Of a DNA stretch of 64,000 bases, positions 16,764 through 25,498 are shown piece by piece. This DNA comes from a virus. The notes below the pieces were generated by a model. The model saw only the letters and a list, made by a program, of their open reading frames with translations. It was not told where the DNA came from and did no database searches. The first letter of the stretch is position 1; each line of letters opens with the position of its first letter. Both the position numbers and the translations under genes were made by a program. The stretch lies in the IMG/VR virus record IMGVR_UViG_3300021960_000027, positions 1-64,000 of that record. The stretch is one strand, 5' to 3'.

Positions 16764-16984
16764 AAGATAAAACCATGTATGTACTGTCCGTTGGTGTCAT
16801 TATTGCCATCCTCGCGGCGATTGTTGGCGACTATGTCGTTGCCGCGATTGAGACGCAAACGACCAATGAAGCGGTTGAAGTCTCATCGGATGTGATGACG
16901 CTTGTCCAAACTGCCCTCGGCGGTGTTATTGGTATCCTTGGAGGTTACTTTGGTGCGAAGGGCATGAAGAAAGATGATGAATAA
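16760..16984 (+). CDS. small two-TM membrane protein (lysis accessory?)
   Basis: GTGA overlap; GGVIGILGGYFG. Confidence 0.6.
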   Translation: MKDKTMYVLSVGVIIAILAAIVGDYVVAAIETQTTNEAVEVSSDVMTLVQTALGGVIGILGGYFGAKGMKKDDE

Positions 16985-17008
16985 TGCCCTCGCATTTGAT
17001 GTAGAACG

Positions 17009-18616
17009 GTGAAAAGAAAACTTGCTTTTTTAAGTAAGTTTTTATTTGCTTCTGTTCTAGCCCTTGCTTGGCTATCTCCATCTCCTGCTTACGCATTCGC
17101 TTACACGGTCACTGAAGAGTCTGACTGGTATTTCACCATTGATAACGACAGCACTCTTGTTGTTATCTACGGAAACAGCAACGAGTCATGCGAAGCAGTC
17201 ACGACCGACCCATATCTGTGGCTGTATGACGACAACCCTGAATCAACGGGTGATCTGATCGCCCAGAATGATGACGGCAACCACAACTCCAATGACCAGT
17301 GTGTGTCGTCGAAAATCTACACGACCTTGAACGCTGGCGACTATAGATTGCGCGCAGGCTACTGCTGTTCTCAGGTAGGTCTTGGTAATACGAATGATTG
17401 GGGTGACGGTACATACGAAATCGTCACGGATTTAACGTTTGATGGTGCTTCACCGAACGTCCCTACAACGACCACCACAAGTACGTCAACAACCACTAGC
17501 ACAACCACCTCTACTACAACTACGACAACCGAACCTCAAACAATCGGACCGCCGATGAATTTGGTGGCAGAGTTAACTAGCGAGGGTGTGTTGCTTGATT
17601 GGGATGCACCAAACATTGGCAACGTTGACCCTGAGCGTTACGCAATATCTTGGAGAATTCCACCCGATGCTGGCTGGGGTGTTGCCACAGGAAATGTGGG
17701 CGACGAAAACGCTCTCAATACTGAAATTACCCTTGGATTTAATTTGTTTGAATCGACTGGTGGTTTAGACAAAACGTATGTTTTCGATGTTCGTTCAGAC
17801 AACGACACTTTGTCAATGTACTCTGGCTGGTCAAACCAAGTTGAGTTATCCGTTTCTGCTCCAGTGGTTACAACTACTTCAACTACCACCAGCACAACAA
17901 CAAGTACCACTACCAGCACTACCAGCACTACTACCACCAGCACTACTACAACAACCACCACTGTCCCCCCAACAACTACTCTGCCCCCAACAACAACGAT
18001 ATGGATACCACCAACAACGACAACTATTGCCCCGGTAGTGACCTCTACCACAGTCGCTCCAACAACACTTCCACCAACGACGGTTCCGACAACTACGTCT
18101 TTACCCCCGTCAACATCAACCAGCACCATTCCACCATCGACATCTACGACGACTACTATTTTGCCAACTACTACGACGGTGCGTGTGATAAGCACCTCAT
18201 CAACCTCCACCACAACTACGACTGAAGTTCCTAAAACGGTAGTTGTTTCAGAAAGTCAAGAAATCGTCTTAGAGAAAATTGAAGACGAAGAATTGTACGA
18301 AGAGGTTGTTTCGGTTCTTCAAGATGATGTTTCTGTGGAAGACGTTGTCGCCCTTGTAACAGACGAGGGATTTGAGGATTTGGATGACGGAGTTTTGGTA
18401 ATTGTCGCAGAAGCACTGTCGGATGCGCCAAAAGAGGTTAAAGAAGAGTTTGAAGATCAAGTTGATATTTTTGGAAACGATGCTTTTAATTCTTACGTTC
18501 CAGCGGACAGTAAAGTTCCAGTAAGTACAAGAAGAAGCATTATTGCCGTAACAGCCGCGGTGACAGCCAGCAGTTCCATTTCAGGAGGATCAGTACAGAG
18601 AAGAACGAAGCATTAA
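17009..18616 (+). CDS. secreted Thr-rich protein (signal peptide, PPC-like domain, FN3-like domain, mucin-like stalk)
   Basis: AYA signal peptide; DPYLWL..NDDG; PPMNL...LDWDAP; long T/S/P tracts. Confidence 0.75.
   Translation: MKRKLAFLSKFLFASVLALAWLSPSPAYAFAYTVTEESDWYFTIDNDSTLVVIYGNSNESCEAVTTDPYLWLYDDNPESTGDLIAQNDDGNHNSNDQCVSSKIYTTLNAGDYRLRAGYCCSQVGLGNTNDWGDGTYEIVTDLTFDGASPNVPTTTTTSTSTTTSTTTSTTTTTTEPQTIGPPMNLVAELTSEGVLLDWDAPNIGNVDPERYAISWRIPPDAGWGVATGNVGDENALNTEITLGFNLFESTGGLDKTYVFDVRSDNDTLSMYSGWSNQVELSVSAPVVTTTSTTTSTTTSTTTSTTSTTTTSTTTTTTTVPPTTTLPPTTTIWIPPTTTTIAPVVTSTTVAPTTLPPTTVPTTTSLPPSTSTSTIPPSTSTTTTILPTTTTVRVISTSSTSTTTTTEVPKTVVVSESQEIVLEKIEDEELYEEVVSVLQDDVSVEDVVALVTDEGFEDLDDGVLVIVAEALSDAPKEVKEEFEDQVDIFGNDAFNSYVPADSKVPVSTRRSIIAVTAAVTASSSISGGSVQRRTKH
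17461..18225 (+). repeat. Thr/Ser-coding low-complexity ACN repeats
   Basis: two (ACN)n tracts at ~17461-17530 and ~17870-18225. Confidence 0.8.
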
Positions 18617-18626
18617 GGAAGCATCC

Positions 18627-18785
18627 ATGAAGTACATCAAAGAGTTATTAGCACTGGGATTTACTATCGGTGGAACCCTTCTCGTTCTCCTGACGCTCTC
18701 TGGGTCTACTTTGACTTGGGCTATCTGGATTTCTATTTGCTCCCTTGTCGCTCACATGATTTCGGTTGGAATGCCAGAAGATTGA
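18627..18785 (+). CDS. 52-aa two-TM protein (not in ORF track)
   Basis: MKYIKELLALGFTIGGTLLVLLTLSGST...; AAGGA RBS. Confidence 0.65.
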   Translation: MKYIKELLALGFTIGGTLLVLLTLSGSTLTWAIWISICSLVAHMISVGMPED

Positions 18786-18815
18786 GTTGTATTTAAAAAA
18801 ACTTTTGTCGTGACA

Positions 18816-18848
18816 CTGTCTGAGGTGTGCAAACTCACTCAAGGATGT
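18816..18848 (+). promoter_or_regulatory. putative late promoter
   Basis: CTGTC-N20-AAGGATGT upstream of the capsid operon. Confidence 0.55.
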
Positions 18849-18906
18849 GGAGAGGCACTTCCGCTGATCCATTTCCATTCACTGAGATTTAGAAGGGATA
18901 CGGCGC

Positions 18907-19449
18907 ATGCTTCGTACATCGCTTGACAAGGCGTACATCAAGCGCACGCTTCGCCCCCTCTACGCGTGGTCGCAGGCAACTCCGGTTGATTGCGAGTTGG
19001 ATTCGTCATGGGCAAAAGGTTCGGATATTTATCCGGGCATGGTTGCTATGCGAGCCAACAGTGCCGCGAGTGGAGCAAGCGAAGTTGTGACGCTACTGGA
19101 CGGGACTGGGACTCCGTTTGGTTTGTTCGGTCTTTACATTGCACCAACCTACGGTATTGATGAGGTTGCCGATCAGGGCGTTAACAGCGTTCCTGTTTGG
19201 GTTCTCTCGCCAGACGCAGAGTTTGAGGTTGATGCTCCTGCATTTGATTCATCGGCTACTTGGACGTTCCCGACCAACGGCACAGACCTTTTGGTTCATG
19301 CTTACACGGGTGCATCTTCAACCGATGCTGGTGTTCTTTGCCCTGCCGGTGCTACTGGTGCTTCGGCAAAGCCTGTTGCACGGGCGGTTCGTCGTCCTAG
19401 CACCAACACCCTTGTTATCCGCGGACTCGGCACCTCTGGTGCATACTGA
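18907..19449 (+). CDS. capsid decoration / minor capsid protein
   Basis: KRTLRPLYA..QATP and IYPGMV motifs; immediately before the MCP as in Bxz1/E3-type phages. Confidence 0.7.
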   Translation: MLRTSLDKAYIKRTLRPLYAWSQATPVDCELDSSWAKGSDIYPGMVAMRANSAASGASEVVTLLDGTGTPFGLFGLYIAPTYGIDEVADQGVNSVPVWVLSPDAEFEVDAPAFDSSATWTFPTNGTDLLVHAYTGASSTDAGVLCPAGATGASAKPVARAVRRPSTNTLVIRGLGTSGAY

Positions 19450-19466
19450 TCTGAGAGGAAAGAATA

Positions 19467-20456
19467 ATGAGTAACCTTAACCTCGCAGGCGGTTTGAAGC
19501 CCCGTGTTGCTAAGAAGAGCGACGATTACGTTTCAGAGATTCTGAAGCGTCGTGGCAACAACGAAGGGACTGGCCTTTCAACCGAGGCCAAGATGAAGAA
19601 GATGGCTCTCATCCTTAGCGATGAGTCAAATGGCATCCGTCGTCTTGGCGTTGGAATGATCGGTCCAATCCAGTTGAAGTTGCGTTATCAGGGTATCGTC
19701 CGCAACGTTCTCATCGAAGACCCGGTGACCCCCGGTACTCCGGTTGAGTACGATGTGTTTGACGATCTTGGTCAGGCATACATCATGTCTGGTACTGACG
19801 GCGAAGTTCGCATTCAGCCATTTGAGGGCAAGCGTGTGCCAGTGCGGTTCTTCCGTATTGCTTCACAGCCTGCAATCCGTAAGGAAGACCTCTACTACCT
19901 CCGTATTAATGCGGTGGAGCAGGCGCAGGATGAGACGAAGCAGGCAATTATGAAGCAGGAAGATGCTCGTCTGATGACGCTTCTCGCTTCGGCTCTGTCT
20001 GACTATGGTAGCCGTTCGGATCACTCTGTCTCACCGACCCACACGGTCACCGAGACTGGTTCGTACTTCTCGCCAGACACGCTGTACAGCACTGTTTCGC
20101 TGATTGACCAGCACGAACTTGAGGCTTCACGGCTTCTCGTTTCACCTTCGGACTACCGTGACTTCTATCGTTGGAGCATCAACGAGACGGGCTGGGCGTT
20201 CAAGGATCGTGTTGTCGCAGGCGAAAAGGTCACGACCTTCGGTGAATTCCAGATCGCTCGTTCGATCATGGTTGACGCTGGTTCGATGTGGCTCCTGCCT
20301 TCACCAGAATTCCTCGGTGTCTTCCCCGTCCTCTACTCGTTGGACGTTGAAGAGAACCATCAGGTGGAATCCTTCTGGAAGGGCTGGGTCTTTGACGAGA
20401 TGGTGTCAATGGCTATCCTCAACCCTCGCGGTATTGCGAAGATGGTCAAGCCCTGA
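19467..20456 (+). CDS. major capsid protein
   Basis: RVAKKSDDYV, MIGPIQLKLRYQGIVRNVL, GWVFDEMVSMAILNPRG; strongly biased codons. Confidence 0.9.
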   Translation: MSNLNLAGGLKPRVAKKSDDYVSEILKRRGNNEGTGLSTEAKMKKMALILSDESNGIRRLGVGMIGPIQLKLRYQGIVRNVLIEDPVTPGTPVEYDVFDDLGQAYIMSGTDGEVRIQPFEGKRVPVRFFRIASQPAIRKEDLYYLRINAVEQAQDETKQAIMKQEDARLMTLLASALSDYGSRSDHSVSPTHTVTETGSYFSPDTLYSTVSLIDQHELEASRLLVSPSDYRDFYRWSINETGWAFKDRVVAGEKVTTFGEFQIARSIMVDAGSMWLLPSPEFLGVFPVLYSLDVEENHQVESFWKGWVFDEMVSMAILNPRGIAKMVKP

Positions 20457-20500
20457 TCGTTTAGGTCAGTAATCCCCTAGTCGTTGGGTAATCGACTAAT

Positions 20501-20546
20501 GAAGGGTCACTCTTGGTTTTACTGAGAGTGACCCTTCTGATTTTCT
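20501..20546 (+). terminator. intrinsic terminator after the MCP
   Basis: GAAGGGTCACTCT/AGAGTGACCCTTC 13-bp stem followed by TGATTTT. Confidence 0.75.
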
Positions 20547-20555
20547 CTGGTCACA

Positions 20556-20590
20556 CTGTCTTTGTGACCTCAACTGCATACAAGTAATGG
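20556..20590 (+). promoter_or_regulatory. putative late promoter
   Basis: CTGTC-N21-AAGTAATG. Confidence 0.55.
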
Positions 20591-20623
20591 AATCCGTTCT
20601 TCAACACAACACGGGAGTGCGAA

Positions 20624-21181
20624 ATGGCACAGATTGTTCAAGTTAAAGCAGGTCAGGATGAGGTTCGCCTTCCAGACCGTGTTACACACACTGCTACCGA
20701 CAAGGTTCTTCTAACTGATGCTCAGTTTGATTCACTCAATTCTGGTGCATTTACTTCAGTTTTGACTGACCTCGGACCGGGCATTATGGCCGCGGTTGTT
20801 GACTTGACTGACGCAGATGCAGACGCAAAGACCATTGCTACGTTCACTCCGGGCTTTGCCGGTGTCATCCGTAGCGTTGTTGCCATCGTTTCGACCGCGG
20901 CAACGACTTCAGGTAAGTCAGCAACGGTTGGTGTTTTTGTTGATGGAACCGAGATCAACGGTGGTCGCATTGCGCTCACTTCAGCAAATGCGACTCCAGT
21001 CGGCACGGTTCTTGGTGCAACCAATGTGACCTTCTCGTCGGCTAACCCGAACAACTTTAGTTCTACAGATTCGATTACAATTAAGACGGTTGCCGCGCCC
21101 ACAACTTTTGCTGAGGGAACGGTTGCTTTCGTGGTGTTCCTTGAGCCGACTGTGGCGAAGAACACTTTCGTAATTGACTGA
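20624..21181 (+). CDS. virion structural protein (head fibre/decoration-like)
   Basis: beta-rich, Thr/Ala-rich; follows the MCP. Confidence 0.6.
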   Translation: MAQIVQVKAGQDEVRLPDRVTHTATDKVLLTDAQFDSLNSGAFTSVLTDLGPGIMAAVVDLTDADADAKTIATFTPGFAGVIRSVVAIVSTAATTSGKSATVGVFVDGTEINGGRIALTSANATPVGTVLGATNVTFSSANPNNFSSTDSITIKTVAAPTTFAEGTVAFVVFLEPTVAKNTFVID

Positions 21182-21268
21182 TAAAATCGCTCCCCGACTG
21201 GTACTTTGGCTGGTTGGGCACCAGTCGGGGAGCAAACCAGCAAGCCCTACAGCCAAGGAGAAAATGCT

Positions 21269-21652
21269 ATGCCAGTAGCAGTGCGTAACTTGAAGAATAC
21301 GGTAACAACCTTTAATGATCCACCTTCAAAAGTGAATCTTGAGTGGGCACCGAAGGAAGACAAGAATGGAAATGACATTCAAGTTGTTCCAGATGCAGTT
21401 CTGGAGCATCCGTCATTTCTGCGTGCAGTTGGTATCGGAATCTTTGAAATTGTTGAAGATGACGATGCAATTAAGGAGTCAGTCGCGGCGCAAGCAAGCC
21501 GTTACGCCTCCAGCCAGAGCAAGGAACAGGATGCTCTTGCTGGCTTGATTGATCGGTCGCAAGACGGTCGTGACATCGTTATTTCAGAAGAGGACATGCA
21601 GACGCACATTAGTCGCATGAGCAAGGGACAAGGAACGAATCTTGATGTCTGA
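21269..21652 (+). CDS. conserved structural-region protein
   Basis: AAGGAG RBS; EW.P..D.NG.DIQ.VP motif. Confidence 0.65.
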   Translation: MPVAVRNLKNTVTTFNDPPSKVNLEWAPKEDKNGNDIQVVPDAVLEHPSFLRAVGIGIFEIVEDDDAIKESVAAQASRYASSQSKEQDALAGLIDRSQDGRDIVISEEDMQTHISRMSKGQGTNLDV

Positions 21653-21860
21653 TGGAGTTGTTGGTACAGTAGGAGCAACACCGGCTTACCCAGATGGGGA
21701 TAACACCCCCATCCAGTCTGTGGCTGTTGAAGAAGTAGAAGTGGTCGCTGAGACGGTTGTTGCTGAAGAGCCTGCCGTTGAGGAAGTTGCAGATGCTCCT
21801 GCGGAAGTTTCCGAAGAAACTGTCGCTGAGAAGCCTGCGAAGAAGACCACCAAGAAGTGA
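21645..21860 (+). CDS. small acidic protein with basic tail
   Basis: E/A/V-rich; KPAKKTTKK. Confidence 0.55.
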   Translation: MSDGVVGTVGATPAYPDGDNTPIQSVAVEEVEVVAETVVAEEPAVEEVADAPAEVSEETVAEKPAKKTTKK

Positions 21861-21897
21861 TCTTCGCGGCTTCTCCTAGTATTGGGGAGCAAGCAAA

Positions 21898-22578
21898 ATG
21901 CCAAGTGTAAGTGCAAGATTGGGTCTAAGCCGACCTCTATCTAGCGATGCCTTTGCTACGACAGATTTCTACGACAACTACACGTTGTTGGACAACTATC
22001 CGGGTACTTACATTTGTACCTCAAGTACGCGTCCAACAACGTGGGGTAGTTCTCAGACAGGGATGGAAATCTTTGAAACAGATAGCCTTCTTCGTTGGTA
22101 TTGGTCTGGCACGGCATTCGTTAGGCATTCAGCCGAGGGCGTTCTTGGTCAGTCTGATGTGACTTCAGATTTTAGTACCACAGCAACTTCATCTACCTCT
22201 ACTTCCCCATCTCCTACTGCAATCACCACGACAGTAACTGTTCCTGCAACACATTCGACTTCTACAACGAAGAGAATTCGTGTTACAGCGTCGTTCTATC
22301 GAATCGATAATACTGCTGGAGTAGCAAACGCTACTATCTATGCAGATAGCGATTTGCTTTTTAGTGCTTCGGTTCGTGGAAAGACGGATGCGGAAACAGA
22401 CCCTATGGATTGGGCAAGTGGTGGTACTTTTGTTGCATACCATGCGCCCGCTGTTGCAGGTGGTTCAATAACCTACACGTTTAGGATTAACTCTCTCGCG
22501 GCATCTACGGGAACAACTACGCTAAGGGCATCTGCCACGGCTCCTGCCTTCCTCACTGTAGAGGAAGTTGGGGTCTAA
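21898..22578 (+). CDS. minor structural / fibre protein
   Basis: RLGLSRP, CTSSTRP and GMEIFETD motifs. Confidence 0.6.
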   Translation: MPSVSARLGLSRPLSSDAFATTDFYDNYTLLDNYPGTYICTSSTRPTTWGSSQTGMEIFETDSLLRWYWSGTAFVRHSAEGVLGQSDVTSDFSTTATSSTSTSPSPTAITTTVTVPATHSTSTTKRIRVTASFYRIDNTAGVANATIYADSDLLFSASVRGKTDAETDPMDWASGGTFVAYHAPAVAGGSITYTFRINSLAASTGTTTLRASATAPAFLTVEEVGV

Positions 22579-23424
22579 ATGGCGAATTTCCTGTTTGTCT
22601 CTCGCTACAGCATTGCGAACGCTGACCTAACTGTTATTAACGGTTCAGGGGCAATCGTTGATGCTGATAGCGATTCAGTTACTGGAGCGTTACACAATTA
22701 CGGTGACGATTCAGAAATCTTTTCTCGCTCTGCGGTCAAGATTGACACTGGTATTTACCGAATCACTCTTTCTTCGGTTGAGACAAACACGCCCGGATTG
22801 TTCTATCTTAAGTTTTCGTACACTCTTGGGTCTGCTCAGGAGTACAGAACTGATGTAGAAATTCCTCAGACTTCTGCCCCATTGTATGAGGCTTTGTCGG
22901 AGGGCATGCGAGACATTATTGAGTCTGTTTGGATGCGTTTCTCTGACCTGTTCGATAGCGCAGTCGGCGGTCCGCACCTGAAAGAATATTCTCAATCTAA
23001 CTTTGGTCGTGAGCGCATTGCAGAGTTGCTTCGTGTCGCGGTAGGCAGGCTTAACACGGTCAGTCAGCCATATCAATCGTATGGGATTACGGGCGACAGC
23101 GAATTCCCGATTGTGCAGTGGGGAGCGTTGCTGGAGCAGGCGACAATGGTTGAGGCGATTAAGCATCTTATGCGTTCGTACGTTGAACAGCCGAGTGCCC
23201 AAGGCATTCAGTCTGCTCGTCTTGACCGACGAGATTATTTGAATCGTTGGGAAACAGTGTTGCGGATTGAAGAGTCGACGCTGACCTCTCAATTAGACAT
23301 TTTCAAGATGGCAAGCATGAATCTTGGACAGCCTTCAATTATGGTTGCTGGTGGTGTGTACGGAAATCTCCGTCGAAACGCACCTCCTGCTCGCCCACAC
23401 CACAGACCGCCTATTGTTTACTGA
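22579..23424 (+). CDS. head-tail adaptor / neck protein
   Basis: RFSDLFDS..GGP, HLMRSYVEQP, DRRDY..RW; position. Confidence 0.7.
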   Translation: MANFLFVSRYSIANADLTVINGSGAIVDADSDSVTGALHNYGDDSEIFSRSAVKIDTGIYRITLSSVETNTPGLFYLKFSYTLGSAQEYRTDVEIPQTSAPLYEALSEGMRDIIESVWMRFSDLFDSAVGGPHLKEYSQSNFGRERIAELLRVAVGRLNTVSQPYQSYGITGDSEFPIVQWGALLEQATMVEAIKHLMRSYVEQPSAQGIQSARLDRRDYLNRWETVLRIEESTLTSQLDIFKMASMNLGQPSIMVAGGVYGNLRRNAPPARPHHRPPIVY

Positions 23425-23434
23425 GGTGGTGTAA

Positions 23435-24073
23435 GTGCCTAGACCACCACTTCAAAACAGACACGCTTACGCTAGGGATCAGGAGCAGTTACGGCACGAT
23501 GATGCCGCGAACTGGTTCGGGGAAATGACCGCCTTTATTTTGTGGTGGTCAATTATTGATTTTGAGAACGGCGATGTAGAACGTTGTTCTACCTGCTACA
23601 CGCCACTTGGTGACATCGCTGATGTGTACAAGCAGGCATCAGAGTCGCATTGCACAAACTGTTATGGGACAACATTTGAGGGCGGTTACCGTGCCCTTAT
23701 TTATCGACCGGCGTTGTGGAATATTGACGATTCGTCTGAGGAAGTCAGAAAGCGTGGTCTTGCGACATCACGTTCTTGCACAATCCAGCCAGTCGGTGGA
23801 ATTCGCTTTAGAGACAATGACATAGCGGTTCGTTCAGATGGAACTAGGTGGCGTTTTAACCAGCCACAGGTTTCTCTGTTGACAACTGGGTTCGGTCCGA
23901 ACTCTGTGTATACCGACCAAATTGGTTCAGTGCTTTCTGGGTACATGGATGACGAAACAATGCCATCTCATCTGCCAACTGTTGACATGATTTTTTTGCA
24001 AAACTCTGGTTGGAATCCAGAATTGCCCTATCCATCAACTCCACCTGATGTCATCAGAGGGAGCCTTCTTTGA
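23435..24073 (+). CDS. head closure / neck protein
   Basis: RC..C...C..CYGTTFEGGY. Confidence 0.65.
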   Translation: MPRPPLQNRHAYARDQEQLRHDDAANWFGEMTAFILWWSIIDFENGDVERCSTCYTPLGDIADVYKQASESHCTNCYGTTFEGGYRALIYRPALWNIDDSSEEVRKRGLATSRSCTIQPVGGIRFRDNDIAVRSDGTRWRFNQPQVSLLTTGFGPNSVYTDQIGSVLSGYMDDETMPSHLPTVDMIFLQNSGWNPELPYPSTPPDVIRGSLL

Positions 24074-24074
24074 T

Positions 24075-24794
24075 ATGCAGTTTGTCAACTTTCCTGATCG
24101 AATTGTTATGGGGGTTCCGGGCGTTGATGAAACGCTTGCTCGCGCACTTGCAATTAACGCCACTCGCCAAGCGAGAATGTTCGCTCCAAAACTGACCGTT
24201 CAGTCGTCCAGTAACTTTGTCCCAATCTGGGGAGAAGGATGGTTCGGCATCCGCTGGGAGCATCAATACATTTGGTTTCAGGAGGCTGGAATCAAGCCGT
24301 TTACAATGCGCTCTCTTGCAGGGAAAGTAATCCCGATGTGGGTGGATGACACAGACGGTTCTGAAGCATCAAAACAAAAGCAACCAAAAACTAGAACAAC
24401 TGCCTCTGGTCGACAGCAAACATTGATCTTTCGTCGCGCGGCTCGCATTGGGCAAAGAAAAGATGTGTGGCGCAACGTGGGGGGCAGAATGGTTAAGGTC
24501 AATGTTCCAGCGTCGTATCCCGGCGCACCCGGTCGTATCGCAGTCAATCGTTCGCGAGGTTTGATTCGTCAGGGGGATGTAAGTCCCGGCGTTGGAAATC
24601 CCGGCCAGATTGCAAAGGGAAACGTTGGTGTGCGGTGGAGGCACCCCGGCCTTAATCCAAGTAGGTTTTTGGCAAGGGGAGTTCATGCCGCGGCGGTTCA
24701 GTATGGAATTCCTGTGGGGGCAGTTTCATACAGGGGCAGGGTTGCAAATGCGTCTGATCCGTCATTTATTAGGATTGTGTATTCGGGAGGCTAA
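24075..24794 (+). CDS. neck / tail completion protein
   Basis: GIKPFTM.SLAGK.IPMW, IFRRAA, WRHPGL. Confidence 0.6.
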   Translation: MQFVNFPDRIVMGVPGVDETLARALAINATRQARMFAPKLTVQSSSNFVPIWGEGWFGIRWEHQYIWFQEAGIKPFTMRSLAGKVIPMWVDDTDGSEASKQKQPKTRTTASGRQQTLIFRRAARIGQRKDVWRNVGGRMVKVNVPASYPGAPGRIAVNRSRGLIRQGDVSPGVGNPGQIAKGNVGVRWRHPGLNPSRFLARGVHAAAVQYGIPVGAVSYRGRVANASDPSFIRIVYSGG

Positions 24795-24799
24795 CAAAG

Positions 24800-25423
24800 A
24801 TGTATCTGGTAAAAACAAAAACTCTTTTGACTAAGGCTCTTCGTACTGTTTTTGACGACTCTGCTCCAGAAACAGATTTTCAGAACCTTCACATTTCTAT
24901 TGAATACCCAGTCGATAAGCAACATTACCCTTCAATTTGGGTTGATTTTGACCCGTCTGGTTCGTTGAGAATTGCTGGTATCGGTCATTTTGAGCAGACC
25001 GATTCTGAGTTGGCGACATCACCAGAGTTGTATCGATGGAGATTTTCTGGGATGGCGACCATGACCATTGCCGCGCTGACATCTCTGGAGCGTGACCGCC
25101 TATTTGATGCTGTCGTAAGGGTGCTTGGGTTTGGCGATAGGTCTAATAATTTAGGTCGTTTTAGGACAATGATTGAGAACAACGATTTGATTGCAATCAA
25201 CATTGACTTTGACGAAATTGAACAGCGTGGATTTGCCGCGTCTCAGGGCACTCCTTGGGGGACAGATGAGATGATTTATGAAGCAACTATTGCGATGGAA
25301 GTCATCGGAGAGTTCACTGTGGACAACACGCAGGCTCTTGTCGCCCTAGATAATGTTGAGGTTTCTTTCTGGATTGACCCAAATGAAAATGACCCAACTA
25401 CCGGCGATGGCTGGATTGGCTAG
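24800..25423 (+). CDS. tail terminator
   Basis: ISIEYP, ALTSLERDRLFD, GTPWG; precedes the sheath. Confidence 0.65.
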   Translation: MYLVKTKTLLTKALRTVFDDSAPETDFQNLHISIEYPVDKQHYPSIWVDFDPSGSLRIAGIGHFEQTDSELATSPELYRWRFSGMATMTIAALTSLERDRLFDAVVRVLGFGDRSNNLGRFRTMIENNDLIAINIDFDEIEQRGFAASQGTPWGTDEMIYEATIAMEVIGEFTVDNTQALVALDNVEVSFWIDPNENDPTTGDGWIG

Positions 25424-25432
25424 TTTTTTACC

Positions 25433-25468
25433 CTGTCTTGTGGGCAAGTTCACCCTCTGTAAGAGGTG
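25433..25468 (+). promoter_or_regulatory. putative late promoter
   Basis: CTGTC-N23-AAGAGGTG. Confidence 0.6.
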
Positions 25469-25498
25469 GAGAAGTGCCGTTTTAACAATGAGGTATCC

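Noticed and set aside
17638-18213. 191-aa poly-Val minus-strand ORF
   Set aside because: Antisense reading of the Thr repeats.
17461-18225. CRISPR array or VNTR
   Set aside because: These are degenerate ACN codons for Thr tracts, with no constant repeat-spacer periodicity.
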